DNA of 64,000 nt from Candidatus Kaiserbacteria bacterium RIFCSPHIGHO2_01_FULL_53_31 (GTDB lineage: Bacteria > Patescibacteriota > Minisyncoccia > Phycocordibacterales > Phycocordibacteraceae), in the NCBI GenBank assembly GCA_001781095.1, contig MFKU01000010.1, positions 14,254 to 78,253 of the forward strand. Direction: 5' to 3'. Each line of letters starts with the position of its first letter. Within the stretch, counting starts at the first letter, position 1. Below, piece after piece: positions 63,516 through 64,000 of this stretch. The position numbers were made by a program, and so were the translations under genes. The notes below the pieces were generated by a model. It saw only the letters and a list, made by a program, of their open reading frames with translations, searched no databases and was not told where the DNA came from.

Positions 63516-64000
63516 CTAATTACGTGAACTCTCAATGTGCAAAAAAGAACGCCGGTGAATAGCTGAGGGGCCATGGAGTTTGAGTGCTTCATAATGTGCA
63601 CGCGTACCATAGCCTTTGTGTTTCTCGAGACCATAGGCCGGATACTGCTTCGCAAGTTTGGTCATAAGCCGATCCCTCGTTACCTTCGCGGCAATCGAGG
63701 CGAGAGAAATGATCGGTACTAAATCGTCCCCGTTGATGATCGTCTTTTGTTTATATTCTGGCGGAGCTTTGAGTGATCCGTCGAGCACTATCTCGACGAG
63801 AGCTGCATCCGGCGCGAGCGCATTCACGCCGCGGTTGAGTGCCTCGCGTACTGCATGACTGATTCCCCGCTCATCAATAATAGCCGCGCTCGAGAACTCG
63901 ACCACAAATCGCGCGTCGCCTCCGGCGACGCGCGATTCAAGCATTCCAAAAATCTTTTCGCGCTTTTTCTCACTCAGTTTCTTTGAATCCTTCACGCCCG
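63516..64000 (-). CDS. rnhB: ribonuclease HII, partial (5' end outside window)
   Basis: KDSKKLSEKKREKIF, ISLASIAAK and HKGYGT motifs; reading frame open to the window edge, so the catalytic N-terminus is missing. Confidence 0.8.
   Translation of the reverse strand, partial: GVKDSKKLSEKKREKIFGMLESRVAGGDARFVVEFSSAAIIDERGISHAVREALNRGVNALAPDAALVEIVLDGSLKAPPEYKQKTIINGDDLVPIISLASIAAKVTRDRLMTKLAKQYPAYGLEKHKGYGTRAHYEALKLHGPSAIHRRSFLHIESSRN

Overview
A gene-dense 64-kb chromosomal segment from what looks like a small-genome bacterium, with about 75 percent of genes on the minus strand. Conserved genes almost universally lack Shine-Dalgarno (SD) sequences, AlaRS lacks its C-terminal domain, SMC is reduced to 748 aa, rpoB has no rplL upstream, and there are no T-box leaders. 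This resembles Patescibacteria/CPR-type genomes, but that is an inference. The backbone is housekeeping: tyrS plus tRNA-Tyr, grpE-dnaK-dnaJ, the tail of the ribosomal-protein cluster (infA-rpmJ-rpsM-rpsK-rpsD-rpoA-rplQ, then rplM-rpsI), alaS, pepF, ung, mnmA, mltG, leuS, ychF, prmC-hisS, rpoD-dnaG, rpoC-rpoB, rpsP-khpA-trmD, rnr, smc, rnc, nusB, rpmF and a partial rnhB. Accessory or unusual content: (1) a tightly coupled minus-strand operon carrying an ATP-cone/Mrr-like nuclease fusion, a Cas4-like Fe-S nuclease, ung and a SpoT-type HD hydrolase; (2) a Doc/MazE-like toxin-antitoxin cassette lying immediately 3' of rpoC, bracketed by a ~65-bp direct repeat that includes the duplicated last ~16 codons of rpoC; (3) a HUH (Y1) transposase flanked by inverted REP-like hairpins immediately 3' of rnr, again with a degenerate duplicate of the gene's last codons; (4) canonical Nudix domains embedded in LeuRS and fused to NusB; (5) a scattered class of small ORFs that, unlike the core genes, carry perfect AGGAGG SD sites and their own intrinsic terminators, including a five-ORF plus-strand cassette at 36.1-37.4 kb. 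No CRISPR array, rRNA or integrase was seen.
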